Source: Stylophora pistillata (Eukaryota). Taken from it: DNA of 61,547 nt. The first letter of the stretch is position 1. Each line of letters begins with the position of its first letter. Location: assembly GCF_002571385.2 (NCBI RefSeq), contig NW_019217949.1, positions 118,529-180,075 on the forward strand, in the 5' to 3' direction. Below the pieces are notes generated by a model. That model had not been told where the DNA came from, ran no database searches, and saw nothing but the letters and a program-made list of their open reading frames with translations. Both the position numbers and the translations under genes were made by a program. Positions 24,176-37,306 of this stretch are shown here, piece by piece.

Positions 24176-26189
24176 TACTGAGCCGTTGAAGTGTTCAGGG
24201 ATTATGGAGAACACCAGATAGCGAGCACTTAGGAATACCGCTTGCTCTTAAGCAACATGGTATAAGTCTATACCGCCAAATGGTCTATTGTTGACCTCAC
24301 AACCTTGTCGTTGCAATTTTTCATTCGAATCACAGGTTTGTTACAAATCATTCCATATGAAAGATTGCAATCGTTTATTCCAAAACTGAAAATATTAAAT
24401 TAATTTTCTCGAAGACAAACAGACGCTTGTCAATGGGAGGCACATAAATCAATCATTTACCCTTTGTTTTAAAGTAAAATAAGACGGATACTACCATTTC
24501 GCCGAACTGGCGGAAAAAGCAGAAATATTTCTGTCAAAAAAAAAAAAAAAAATTAAACAACAACAACAAAACTTCTGTACTCCTGGGTAGAGCAAAAGAC
24601 ATTCGCTGCCTTTCGATGAAATAATATTATCATACCAGGCGTGCTTTCTTGCATTTTCTCCTTAAAAGGAAGATGGATTTCAAATACCTAAATAGCCCTG
24701 ATGGTACAGACAAGCAATAGCTTCAGATCTAAATGAGAAAACTTGAGAAGGAGCAGTCTATACCGGAAATAAAAAAAGAGAAGTTTGTGGGTGTGTGTTA
24801 AGGCTTGAGTTCTTAATGTGCTCGAAGGCAGCAGAAAAATGCAATTTTTTTGTGGCACATATAGAGAGGCATTGAAGGAAACTCTCCCTAATTCGTTTGT
24901 ACCAGTATATGATACTGAGTTAGAGCTAATTTTCATAAGCGTCAATTAACACGCGAAACCTGTCAGAATCTGCGTGAATTTCGTTTGAAATGGTAGTTAA
25001 TGTTGTAAGTCAAAAGAGATTTGAATAATCTGGCCATAATTCCTTTTCAGCGAAGTCGAAATGTATCATGGCTTAAGTGAAATCAATCAGAATGACTACA
25101 GTAGAAATAAGATTAGTTACTAGTGTCTATCATAGATATATAGATCACACTTGGTTTAATTATCCTTGTTAACGGTTCTTGAAGACTGAAAAATTAATTA
25201 GTCTTAAGATTTCGGGTATATTCAGTTGCAATTGAGTTGCGACTTTCAACAATCATTTTACGACTGCCTCCAAAACTATACTCTTTTTTATCATATCGTC
25301 GAAACTGCGAGATAATCTAACTGAGAATTTGAAACAGGCGGGTTTAAAAGAAACAAAAAATAATGATTAAAAAAAAAATGGGAGACGAATTAACTTCGCC
25401 CGGTGAAATGATGTAGGGCCTAGGTCAGCTGGATTGAGCAAAATGTAAACCTGTAAGGCCCAACTATAATTTGGTTATGATTTGTAAAATAAGCTAAGTA
25501 TAATATATTGATTTTGTTGAAGGTTTTCTGTTGTTTCTTTATTGCAAAAAACTGTACAAATTTTCAGAAAACGTTGGACATTGAAGTTTTAGAGGAGAAA
25601 GTTTTGCTAGGTTTTCTTACGCAAATAAAGGAGCAAGGGATTTGATATGGTTTAATTTAGAAAACAGCAAGGCGGAAAGTCAAAACAGAAGACAAATTAT
25701 TATACCGTTATCTGATAAGCTACGAGCTGGTCGTAACGTGCCGTCCTAGAATGGCGTTTAAAGAACATGCCTCTCCCTTATTAGTGACCTGTGAAATTGT
25801 GAAGTGCTGCGCTATCGCTCTTAAACATAAACTACTTTACTAGGGTTTATGAACCTAATTCCCCTCTCGAGAGCTTAAAGCGGTCTCAGAGTTGAAGCTG
25901 GATGGCCCTAAAACTCTATTCGCATTTAAAGCTTAGATGTAAGACTTACCTGCAACCGAAAAGACTATTCTCCAGTTCAGTTACCCTAAATGGCTGATAT
26001 TCACATCGAGTGCAGTTCTTTTAAACACGCATTCTATTTTTGCTCACAGTGGTCTGTTCAGACAAGTGAACAGAATTAAACAAAATCCCAGGCGCATTTC
26101 CGGAACAAGAGAGAAAATCGCATCTTAATGTTAATTGCCAGCGACAGATGTGAATCGAGTTAGTGGCATGCAATCTCCTGATAAAGGAC

Positions 26190-26532
26190 GGGTTGGGGGG
26201 GGAGGAGGTAGGTTGCTTCCTAGAAATATGCTAATGAGGGTCTCTGGATGAGGTTGCGTGATTTCCACGACTGAATAATAATGTGATTGCTTTTTCAATA
26301 GAGCTCAGTACTAATATGGAGTCGCACATTTTCAGGATTTTTAGGACAAGAAAATTCTGGTAAGTTAGGGTTTTAAAAATGGTAGAATTCGTGGATAAAA
26401 ATTGTTATAGTATGACTAAACATGATTATGATGAGGTTTATAAATGACCAAATAATAGACTATAATGGGATAGGGATCTGAGAGGTTAGCGGCACATACC
26501 CGGCAAAAATTGATCTAAGTACTCCCCCCCCT
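26190..26532. mobile_element. Probable MITE bounded by G-run / gtactccccccc termini
   Basis: Starts with a G-rich run and ends gcggcacatacccggcaaaaattgatctaagtactcccccccc; termini are degenerate and no TSD was resolved. Confidence 0.35.
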
Positions 26533-27190
26533 GCAAAAACGACCATTGAAAACCTTACAACAACGTTAAATTTGTCAACGAGGTAACGACTTTTTTTAAG
26601 AAGAGACGAAGTTTACCGGGAAGATATTTTTCCTAGGCAATTTGCGTGGTGCGTGGTTCTGTCGCATTCTTTTTACGATGTACAACTATTTGATATATAT
26701 TCCTCGTTTTCAGCATTCTTATTGTTTGACCTTTCGCGCCGGCTTTTTCGCACAGATCCTCCTTGTTTAAAAAACACGAAACATTTTCGTAGAGGATGTA
26801 TGCTGGCATGAAAACAGACATTTGACTCCACTGAAAACAAGAATTTTTCAAGTTTCGGATTCTTCTTTTTTCTCTTAATCAAGACTACTTCAGGTTCATC
26901 AAGCGTAAAACCAGATGGCGTGTACTTTGAAAGTGTCTTCCTTTTCTGAATAATTATGATTTGTTTTTAAAGTGATGACAGGGTTTTAAAAGATGCACAC
27001 TTCCTATGGAATAAATTTTTTTCATATTCGATAGAAGATACTCTAAAAACTCCAGAAACTTTAAATTCATACAATTTTTAAGACTAGACATACGTTGAAT
27101 AGAGCACGGTAGTGCGGTAGCGTTTTTATTTCCCAGCCAACTTTTAATTTGTGGCATGTAACTGGTCAGCAACATACACTTCTGTTAATT

Positions 27191-27503
27191 AGGATCCGGC
27201 GCAGTCCTTGCCCGGAGGAGAGGGGGGAGAGTCCGAGGAACTTGATGGTGTCACGATGAAATTTACAAAATCAAATCGTGACACAATCAAAATCCTCCAC
27301 CTTGGAGGGATCAGGTGACCTGATTCCTCCATAAGGCTCTGAAATATTCTTAAGATCCCACTCATTTGAAGTTAATTGGCAGTCAGTTTTCTAAAGTCTC
27401 CTCCCTTATACTCTGTTGACGACGACTGACTCCCCTCCGTTCCCCCTGAAAACCCTCTGACCCCCCCCCCCACGCCCCTGGCGTTAAATAATAACTGGTC
27501 TCA
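27191..27503 (+). mobile_element. MITE family A copy
   Basis: Core ttggcagtcagttttctaaagtctcctcccttatactctgttgacgacgactgactccc shared with 8193-8460 and 33424-33650. Confidence 0.7.
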
Positions 27504-28138
27504 AAGGGGCTAATTTTTTTTTCCTTCTGTATAATCTCATTTTATTAAACCCTCGTCAGTTTTATGGAAGAGCGTACACATACGATTTTTTTTTGCGTTT
27601 TCAGTGATCGTCGAAAAATCAAATAATTTTTATGTTTTACTTCTTCCACGCTTAGAACGTTGGCGATTGCAGCTGGCGTGTACCTAGGCACGTGCTAACA
27701 AAAGTTGTTGAAATGTAATTTACATCTGTAGCTTAATATTGAAACCTCGCTGACTCCTTACTCTGATTTCTCCTGAAGTTTGCGTAATGGACTTCTTCCA
27801 GTTTAATAATTTCAAATGATTTCTAAATTGTTATTTGTGGTTTTTGAAGAAGCGCTTCTTTCTAGCTCAAATTGCTTCTTTGATATCGCGTGAGTTCTGA
27901 CTCGATGTTATTTAAAACACGAAGAGGCGATCACGCACATATTGCATATAGGTGGGGTTTGATAATGAATTGATTTCACCCATCGTGGATAATCAAATTA
28001 TGATCAATCTCCCAGATCTCAGCGGAAAATAAACCGCAGAGGTCTTCCTGCGGCTGGTGCTGACACACAGATACGAGCTTGCGTCTTGTTTGATCACAAG
28101 TATACTATGCATAGTTACACGGGAACATAAATACGCTT

Positions 28139-28390
28139 TAGGGACCATGCCAGTATCATCTGTGGTGGGGAAAGGGGAGAGTGAGGGTCGGAGTTTTGTC
28201 ACAAAATAATTCACTTGATCTCCCACAAGCCTTAGCAGAATTCTTATGATTCTTCCTCATTGGCAGTCGGTTGTATATAGTCCCCACTTTAAAACTCTGT
28301 TTGTAACGACCCATCTCCTATCTTTTCCCATTGAAAATCATACGATCTCGACAAAATTCCACGGGCCCTCGAGCTCAGGTGGTGACCAAT
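28139..28390 (+). mobile_element. MITE family A copy (degenerate)
   Basis: tagggacca terminus, G-rich block, cattggcagtc...tatagtcccc...actctgtt core. Confidence 0.6.
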
Positions 28391-28448
28391 GATTCGTCCG
28401 GCTTATGCCACAAATTGTTCTGTGAATTCCGCATCTAAAACCATTGTT

Positions 28449-28665
28449 TTAAACCTTAAACTCCCAGACGTGATTAACATGGAAATCCTCCCTATAATAT
28501 CCTTACATTATTTAGCAAACAGGTAAAGAGAATAGTCAAACTTATCAGGTTGAAGTTGATGTCTTGATCTAACACCAAATTCCCATAATTCATTTACAAG
28601 GAATATTATTGTGTACCAGCTAGAGGGGCGGAATTAGCAATCAGATCCTAGGAATTAAGGATTAA
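28449..28665 (+). mobile_element. TTAA-bounded MITE (piggyBac-type termini, degenerate)
   Basis: ttaaaccttaaactccca...taggaattaaggattaa imperfect TIRs; related copies at 86-220, ~23990-24175 and ~44192-44400. Confidence 0.65.
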
Positions 28666-30013
28666 GATACCAATTTTCTATATGTAATTCAATGATTCAA
28701 TGCATTTTCATCGCCTCCCTGAGAGTAGAGACAGAGGACACTGATCTATTCAGTTCTATTTCCAGATGCGCCGCCAAATGCCTAGAGCACGTATTGCCAA
28801 CTGTATTTACATCCTTCCCAAAGATCTGGATAGCAGCAAATATGTCACGAGTTTAAGAAAATATACGACATTTTTTAAAAACATGTTTCGTCAGTTCTTC
28901 TTCCATCTCCAGTTCTAGTTTATATAAAGTACAAAGTAAGGCGGACTGTTTTAGCGGTCCATAACTGTTTTTAACGGTAAGGAGACGAGAATGTGTTCCA
29001 GAGGGTAAGAAGTGTTTATGCATAGCCCGTTTGCAAAGAGGAGCTTGTCTGATCGCATGCGTTGTATTTCCCATAACAAAGATCCCAAAGAATTGCGAAT
29101 AATCCCTTTTTTCTCAAAAAAGAATGTCATAGTAAACAAGAGGAACATTTTACCATAGAAGGAGCTTTCTAAATTTACCTTGAGCTGTTTGTGGACTTCT
29201 CTCTGATTTTTAAATTGGCTGGTAAAGATTTTTCTCTCTTACTACCTTCAAAATAACATTTACCCATTTCCATCTGTCTATCTAATTATTGTTTTTCAAA
29301 GGCTTAACTTTTCCAATTACAATCTAATCCATCTCCCTAATGGACCTGTCGTTATCCCGGATGCCCTGAGTACTGTCAAAAGGCTTTTGACAAATTATGT
29401 GTCACTTGCTATATCTTTTAATCGCCCTCGTTGCGATATTTAAAGAATACTCATTTAGGCATCAATACAACAGATCCAGATTTTCTTGTATAGCCACACC
29501 TGAGACGGACAAATTTAATCCATAATGAAAGATGATTCATAAATGATAAATTAAAAATAGGGTTAATAAAAATTCATGTGTTTCCGCTGTTAGCAAGTAC
29601 TAAATGCAATTAGGAAAAAGGGCTTTAATAGGGAGCGATTGCCTCAGTGTTATTATAAACGGAAATTCACATTGACCTCGTGGGATTAAATTTCTGAGAC
29701 TTTCAGCTTTAGTTATTTCAAGGGTAATTCTTTATGCACGGGATCCTTCGAACGAAGTAAACTTTTTTAATCTCATTTTTATTATTTATATCAAAAGATT
29801 ATGTTGTTTACTTCAAGAAGGCTCATAAACGTAAAGCAGAGCTCTTGCCACCGTAACTAATTGAATATATTTGTCATGGAAAATTTTTTTTTTCTTTTTT
29901 ATCAGAACACACTAACTATAGAAAGAATTCTAGGAAATTGGTGGTGTGCACGAAGCCATGAGGCCATTTCGAACGATTTTCGTGCGGAATGATCCAGTTT
30001 CCCCAAAATCACT

Positions 30014-30137
30014 CACTAGTGTCGCAAATCAGACACTTGTGTCCAAAATCAGACAATAATGTCCAGACCCGGACACTACTGAGTGTCTAAAATCTAGCAC
30101 TAGTGTCCAAAATCAGACACCAGTAAGTCACTAGTTC
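30014..30137 (+). repeat. 20-bp tandem repeat array (actagtgtccaaaatcagac), ~5 units; second array at ~30596-30665
   Basis: Units read directly: actagtgtcgcaaatcagac, acttgtgtccaaaatcagac, aataatgtccagacccggac, ...actagtgtccaaaatcagac. Confidence 0.8.
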
Positions 30138-31421
30138 CCAAAGGCTTACACCAATGTTTTCCCATGTGGAACAAAGTGAAGGTTTGTTATGCCGCGGTCT
30201 GTAACTCCACCCCATTCTCGGTTTGTCCTCAAATTCTTCGCGACTGATCCTTTCGTTTAGCGCTCGTTTCTCTATAATATTTTCGACTTTTCTTAAAACA
30301 GTATCGTTGAGGACCTCAAATTTGAGCTTGTGTTCGTGTATAAGCCGTTTCACAAGGTCAATCAAAGAAAGTGGGACGACGACTACAAAAGCAAAAGAAG
30401 GTGGGAAACAGAAAATCTAGGACATTCGCAGTTTGCACATTTTGGTGGGAAAATAATATATGCATTTTTTAACTTTTGAATAACTTTAAAACTTATCATT
30501 AGGTTAAAATTAGGGAATGGTTCTTAAAAATATGGCTTCTATATGCGAAAATGAATTCGTTTGTGGAAAAAGGGAAAGAAATTTTGAAAGATCCCGTGGC
30601 GCGCAAATCAGACACTAGTATTTAAATTCAGACAATAGCATAAAAAAATTAGACACTAGTGTCTACAAACGGATTGGCATGACCTCTGAAGTAAAAAAAA
30701 CGATGCATGACTTGAAGGATATTAGTATACCTGTCACTTGAAAAGTATGACTCGCGACTTAAAAGGCACGACCTGTGAGTAAAGGATTCAACAAAACAGA
30801 TCTAAAAAATTTCAATTCAAATTTCCCTCATAGATACCTTACTGACGATAGTGCAAAAAGTCTTCACGAACAGAAGATCTTAGAAGGCTTAAAGAAATGT
30901 AAAATAATTTTGAATGGTAAAACAATGGTTTTGTATCATTTTTTTTTCTCAGACGGGATATCCCAAATTGTAAAGATCCCTAGGGAGCCCGCGTTTGTTG
31001 ATACTGAAACAATAAACAAAATATCCTTTCGATGAAAAGAATCTTTTACTTTTTCGACACCTATGTATGCAATGCTAATTAAACGCCGACAGAAAAGCGC
31101 CTTTAAGAAACCAGAACAAAAGAAATAATTTTTGCTGGCAGGTAACCAAAGAGTCCTTTTCATATTTAAGCATTATTTACCTAAAAAACCCCACGAAAGC
31201 CAATTAAATTTTACTTTTACTTGTTTTGATTGAAACCAATAGTCTAATGCAGTATGTTAAACAGCCAATCACAGGCTAGGTGTTATCAACAAGGAAACAA
31301 AGCTTGTAGATTTACTGTTTAAAAAAAGTGTTACATTCTATTCAAGAAACTTAATAACGTGGAACTCGGCCAACAAGGAAAATCCTTGACGAGAAGATCT
31401 GTCGAGCGAAAGAACTATACC

Positions 31422-34081
31422 ATGGAGCTTTTGATAACTTTCTTGTACGCTTCCCTGAGCATTATCATTACTTTCGCCAATCTGCTTGTGATCCTCTCCG
31501 TTTATTCGACGCGCGCTCTGCGAAAGGTCACCAATTATTCTCTGGTTTCGTTGGCGTTCGCTGATCTTGCTGTTGGTGTGGTTGTTCTACCTGTAAGGAT
31601 ACACGAAGCACAAGACCCTCACAAGTCGCAAGATTTTAGTTGGTGCCAATTTTCACTGAGTCTAACATTGCTCAGTTTGTCTGCTTCTGTGTTGAATCTT
31701 TTAATTGTTACTGTGGAGCGTTACTTTGCTATAATTCTGCCTCTTACTTACTCTACTAAATTTACCGCTCGACGAATTTTTTTCGCAATAATCCTCGTCT
31801 GGTTTATTGCAATCTTAGCTTCGTTCTTGCCGTTCGTTACTTTGGGGAACATGGCAGCTCGAGAGCGCAGCCGAGAGCACAAGGTCTGTCGATTTGCAGA
31901 TACAATGAGCCCGGAATATTTGACAGCTTTTTCAGCTGCCATCGTTTTAATTCCAACTTTGTTTATCACAGCCGCCTATTTGAAAATTTACCAGGCAGCG
32001 GTCAAGCTGGGAAGAAGACTGAAAGCATTACGTGTGCAGCGGGATCCAGATCGTAATATTGCGAAGGTGTTAAAGGAATCTAAAGCCGCTAGAACAGTTG
32101 GTAAGTGACTCTTTTAAAAAAACTCTTAAACGGCAGAATTTGATTTACTCGAAATCAAAACTACCTTAGTCCAAGAGCTGTTTGATCTCGAAATTAATGC
32201 TTTCAGTTTAGGTTTGCTGCATCACATTTAACTTTACAAGAATTGATTAAGCTAAATTTTAAAACAGGTTGTATTAAATTCACGCACGCCCACATCTTGC
32301 GTCAAAACTGGTTTTAAGAGCACGACGTCTGGGGAAATGTTGCCTAATTAATTTCAAGTTTGCTTTTAGTTTATGCATACATTTATCAAAGCAATTTTTC
32401 CGGGATTCAATATTAAACGAATCTACGCTGTACATCTATGTTTAATTCACTCAGTACCGATCGATCTGTGTTTTGGTGCGTTTGGTTTTACGTTGGAGAA
32501 GGAAAAAAAAAGAGGATAGAAATGAATAAAATTGTATGAGACTAGGCGATTTATGTGGGGGTTTGCAGATTTCCCGCACATTTGAATCTTGTGTATTTCC
32601 GGGACTCATGGTGACCTCCAATGACTTGAGGAAACCACGTCCAATCAAGAACTTTCCACATTTTGATTTGTTTGAATGTAATCGGTGGAAGATTAAAAAC
32701 TCTTAAGGACATTAAAAAGAAATTTGAAAAATTCTTGCATTTCTTTTTTCAAATTCGTTTTGTTTTGTCTTTAAGCATTGAAATCTCTTACAGCGCTACG
32801 TCTCGACAAAGCTTACAACAAATTAAGAATCTCATTTTGATGTTCTGTTCAAAATAATATTAAAGCTCTCAAAACTGTTCTCCGCCCATCAGATGATAAA
32901 ATAACTTGTCAAATTCTCTCGCAGCTTGTCTTTACGAAGTCTCGAATAGAATACATCTATTAGGTCGTAGAAATATGGATATATAGTAACCCCAGGGTAC
33001 AGATCAGCATATCTAACCTTATCGAAAATCCTGTAAAAGCAATAGTTTGTTTGATATCTTGTCTCCTAGAAAAGGAGATAAACGTTTAACCAAAACATCA
33101 TCGGTGGAGGAGAGGGGTTGGGGCTAAATCACTATGAAAAAAAAATACTAGTATAAATGCTGTTTTGTTTTACCATGTATTTAAATTTCTAGCACTCACG
33201 TCTTAGTAGATATATTATTTTAATTTTTGCTTTGAAGAATTTAATGGAATAAATTTTGCCATCAATTTGCAACATCGGGTTACCTGCATGGAAACCTTTA
33301 TTCTTTCCATTAGCCATGGACATTTAGCCACAATGGAGCCCGTCCATAACTTTATCCACGATATTTACCATGAAACGTCTGCCTTTGTGCCAGTTAGAAA
33401 TTTGCAAGCGACAGGGTCAGTATGGGACCAGTCATAATCATCGCAGGGGGAGGGGGAGGGGAGATCGGATGATTTTGGTTATGTCATGATGAAATTTACC
33501 TGATCCCCTGTAAGGCTCTGTAATATTCATATGCCGCGCCTGATCAGCAGTCAATTTTCTATTATCATCTGCCCTTCCCTTGGTACTCTGTTGACGATGA
33601 CTGATCCCCCCCGTCCCCCCAGATCCTCCGATGGTTAATGATTGGTCCCTAAATTTAAGGGGTTTCGTCAAGTTCTCCCGTTGTATCCACATAAGATAAT
33701 TCTCAATTTCTTATTCTCTTCAATTTTTTTTATTGTCTTTTTTTTTTGTCAGGAATTGTGGTCGGAGTATTTTATCTGTGCTGGATTCCTTTTATGGTGG
33801 CAGTCATTTTGAGCGCATTCGTCGAAAATTTGATCACCCCAGTTGTAGTTCTGGTCATTTCTGTTCTTATCTATAGCAATTCCGCCATCAACCCAGTCCT
33901 CTATGGTTATCTGAATCGCGACTTCCGGTTGGCTTACAAAAGGATGTTTTCGAAAGTTTCCTTACCAAAAGCATGCGCAAGAGTCCGTCCTCGCGAAAGA
34001 AATAGATGCTATGAGTTACCGGAGTTATCCACGAGTTCTCAGCAAACTCAAGGGATGTATATCAGTGACAGTGCCTTGTGA
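31422..34081 (+). CDS. Class A GPCR, paralogue of 6142-8084, ~335 aa; exons 31422-32100, 33753-34081
   Basis: ANLLV (TM1), LAFADL (TM2), ERY (TM3), CWIPF (TM6), NSAINPVLY (TM7). Phase-1 intron G|GTAAGT...TGTCAG|GA follows ESKAARTV, the same position as in the first GPCR. Confidence 0.93.
33424..33650 (+). mobile_element. MITE family A copy with recognisable TIRs, in GPCR intron
   Basis: gggaccagtcat ... atgattggtccc termini plus family core. Confidence 0.8.
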
Positions 34082-37000
34082 TTGCTTAGCGATTGCGTAC
34101 CTGCCGCCATTTTGAAATCCGAAAAGACCCTGGAACGAGGTTGCGTAGTTCACTGGGGAACATTCTTTAACCTGCTAAGGCGCTTTGTGACATGTCTCGA
34201 GTTTCTAAGAAACTACTCCGTAAGTTTTGTCTTTATGATTTTTCGGTAGTCCATAAGGATTGCCACTTGAAATGAGAACGAACGAAAAACATAAACTATC
34301 TACACACGAGAAACACGCACGGCAATTTCGCAGCGTTTCGAGTTTTCTCTAAGGGAATTTTACTTTCACCCAGTATCCCGTCCCGTCGCTAAATGAAATG
34401 AGGGAAGCGTTTATAATTTAAACAGGACCCAACTTTACGGCGAGTTTTGTAGGTAATGCAGTGTAAACTCAATCCGGGTAGAGAATAGCCACTACGACGT
34501 CTACATTATTTTCTCTATGACTACTATATCGACTACTTTCGACCACAACTCCGACCACCACAAATCGCTATTAACAAAAAGCTACGCGCTCCTATCCTCA
34601 ATTGGTTGTTTTGACATTACACCTGTGCTGTGTGCGATATTGTGGTCATGGTATTCATACGCGTATTACCATGTCAGTAAATACTCTGAAGCACTTAAGG
34701 TTTCAATTAGTGATTACCTTCAAATTTGAAATACAATCACAGATGTGAACCTTACGCTGAAAAAAATGGCCTTAAGTCTAATGGAGATAAAAGACTTTAA
34801 ATAATGATAATTATAGAGAACATTCTCGCTTTCGAGAACCGATCAAGAAGAACCATAATTGACTATATGTTATTATGAATTACATAACACGACATTAAAT
34901 TCACTTATACCTGATAAAAAAACGGTAGTCAGGGCGTCAAGATTTGAAGATTAAGTTCAACAGGTAGGCGAATACCAACTGACCTTCATCACATGGCAAT
35001 CATAACGTCATTATTCGGGTCCAGGCTGCGCACGGTTATTAGCCACTTGTTGATGATTTGGTGGGTTTTGCCACCCGTTGATACGGGTGACTACAGAACT
35101 CCGAAAACACAACTCCAAAAAAATGCAACAAGAAGCGCGCTTGCTGACTGAAAATCGAGAAGACACGGTATGCAAAGGGTATTAGCGCCTCGATGGGACA
35201 TTTTAAAGTCTATTACAGCTTACCTGGCTTATTTCAGCATTCAGCACAAGGGTTCTTAGAGTCCGTTAAAGATAAGGTAAGACTGTTAATGTCTAATGTC
35301 GCGCTTCATCAAACGCTCATCTAACTTTCTGGGTTATCATAAAATCACACGTTCACTCTATGGTTAGAGTGCTGGAACAGTGATTTTATTTTTCTTCTCT
35401 CTAGTGTGAACGATAAGTTTCCGCTCAAAAGGGCGATCCTTCTATTCTATGGTAAATATGTTCACTGTCATGTTATCTGTTGACCATATTCAGTGATGGA
35501 ATATATATATTTACATAAATTGTCGAGGTTGCTTTGTAAAATTGCATTTCAGTTCGGCTCGGATAGTGGGTTTCGTTAAAGGTAATGCCCATAGTTGAGA
35601 AAATCCTGAAACATGTGAGCCAAAAGTTAAAAAAATTTTATTGACTAAAACAACATGTATTTAATTGTTCTTTTTGACATTTGCGGATATATAAATATCT
35701 TGTTTGTTCCAAACTGTTGACTTAAAGGGCAGTCGTCATGTGTTAATAAGATCTGTCTGACTGTGTCTTTGTTGTCAGCTGCTTTGGTTTTTCAATTTAT
35801 TTTCGGGGTACAACAAAACTTGTGGCAAGTTCAACTCACTGCGAGAGTTGACGCCATAAAGTGCGCAGTTCGTCTTCATATTTTGCACTTGGGCGGCGTA
35901 GTGATGCATTTAATGATACAATTTTGTATCAAGATTCACATTTTTTTGTAATTTAGGAAAAAAATCAACAAAGATTTTATTTTCCTTGCGAAATCAATGT
36001 GAATGCAACTCGAGCAAATTTTCCATTTTCTTACCCCTAGTAGGAGACGTTAATTTCCCACACACGAGATTACTGTGTCATGGATGTCCTCCCCTGGGGT
36101 GGGATGGGATGGGTGGGAAGGTGAACTAGCTCGAATGGTTCGTATGTTTCCTTGTAGTCCTTCCCCACTCGGCTACAAATCAATGCAGTGAAAATGGAAT
36201 AAACTGAAATATTTAAAAAATTAATAATTTCCTGTTATTGATCAGTTTTCCCTCGTTACTCCGATTAATTAACATTAGAAGACTACTCGCAATTCTTAAC
36301 TATTGGCTCAGTTGCAAACTGAATTATGTCTTCGGTTTGCACTAGATAGCATCTGTTACAGATTTGCTCAACTGTGGTCATTTGAGCAAATAAACTGAGT
36401 GTCTAAACTTATTGTCACATTGAAATAGCTGATCATTCACTTAGACAGTTAGTTAGGCATCTCGTTCATGACATTCACGCTTCCGAGTACAATTCTCACA
36501 ACATGAACAGTTTTTTAAACTTTAATTTTATTTTCCATATCATTCATTCAGTTTGGTCGTAACGGACAAATCAATTCAAGTTTTGATACTTGATGGAGAG
36601 TTCGTGTGGCGGTCACCTTTTTTTTTGGGGGGGGGAGGGGGGGGGCGGAGACATCAAATGACATTGATCATTTGTTGGTAGTCGTAAAAGGTACTTTGTG
36701 CGCTTTGAGTTTTTGCATGTTTTTCTTGGCCAATTTGGAGACGTAGAGATATCTGCAGGAGAAGAATTGTCAGCTGACATGATGAAAAGACAGAAATCAG
36801 CGACATTGATCTAAAAGGAGGTTAAAATCGTCCTGAACGCGGTTGCAAGATAAAAAATTCGTTAAGTATTAGGGTTAGTACAATGACTGGCTCAGAACCA
36901 AAAACGCGTTTTGGTTTTGCGTTCAGCGCTAATGCTGCGACTAATAATTTCACTCTTCGATTGACAAGTCATGAGGGGTGTTACCATGAGGTTTAAATCG

Positions 37001-37140
37001 AAAAGAGACAAAAAAAAAAAATGATGAGAAAAACTGCGAGAAAGAGAAAAATTACGGAGCAGATTGGTGGCTCCGAACGCATCCCAAAATCGCAAAAAAT
37101 GTTATACTCTTATGTTCGCTGGTGGTAGGATTATGGCTGT

Positions 37141-37306
37141 TATACATCGAATGCAAATATGGCGTCCAATTTGAATGGCCATTGTTCTGGACTCACTAGT
37201 CTCGTCTGCACGTGGAAATACAAAAGGATTATTACATGTGTGAGAGGCTAGTCAGTCCCGAACAATGGCAACTCAAATTCGACGCCATATTTGCGTTCGG
37301 TGTATA
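37141..37306. mobile_element. Palindromic ~165-bp MITE (copy 2)
   Basis: Near-identical to 14878-15042 including the internal spacer cacgtggaaatacaaaaggat. Confidence 0.9.

Noticed and set aside
30014-30665. CRISPR-like array of ~20-bp repeats
   Set aside because: Units are directly adjacent without unique spacers, there are no cas genes, and the context is eukaryotic. The same applies to the 14-bp arrays at 45981 and 60684.
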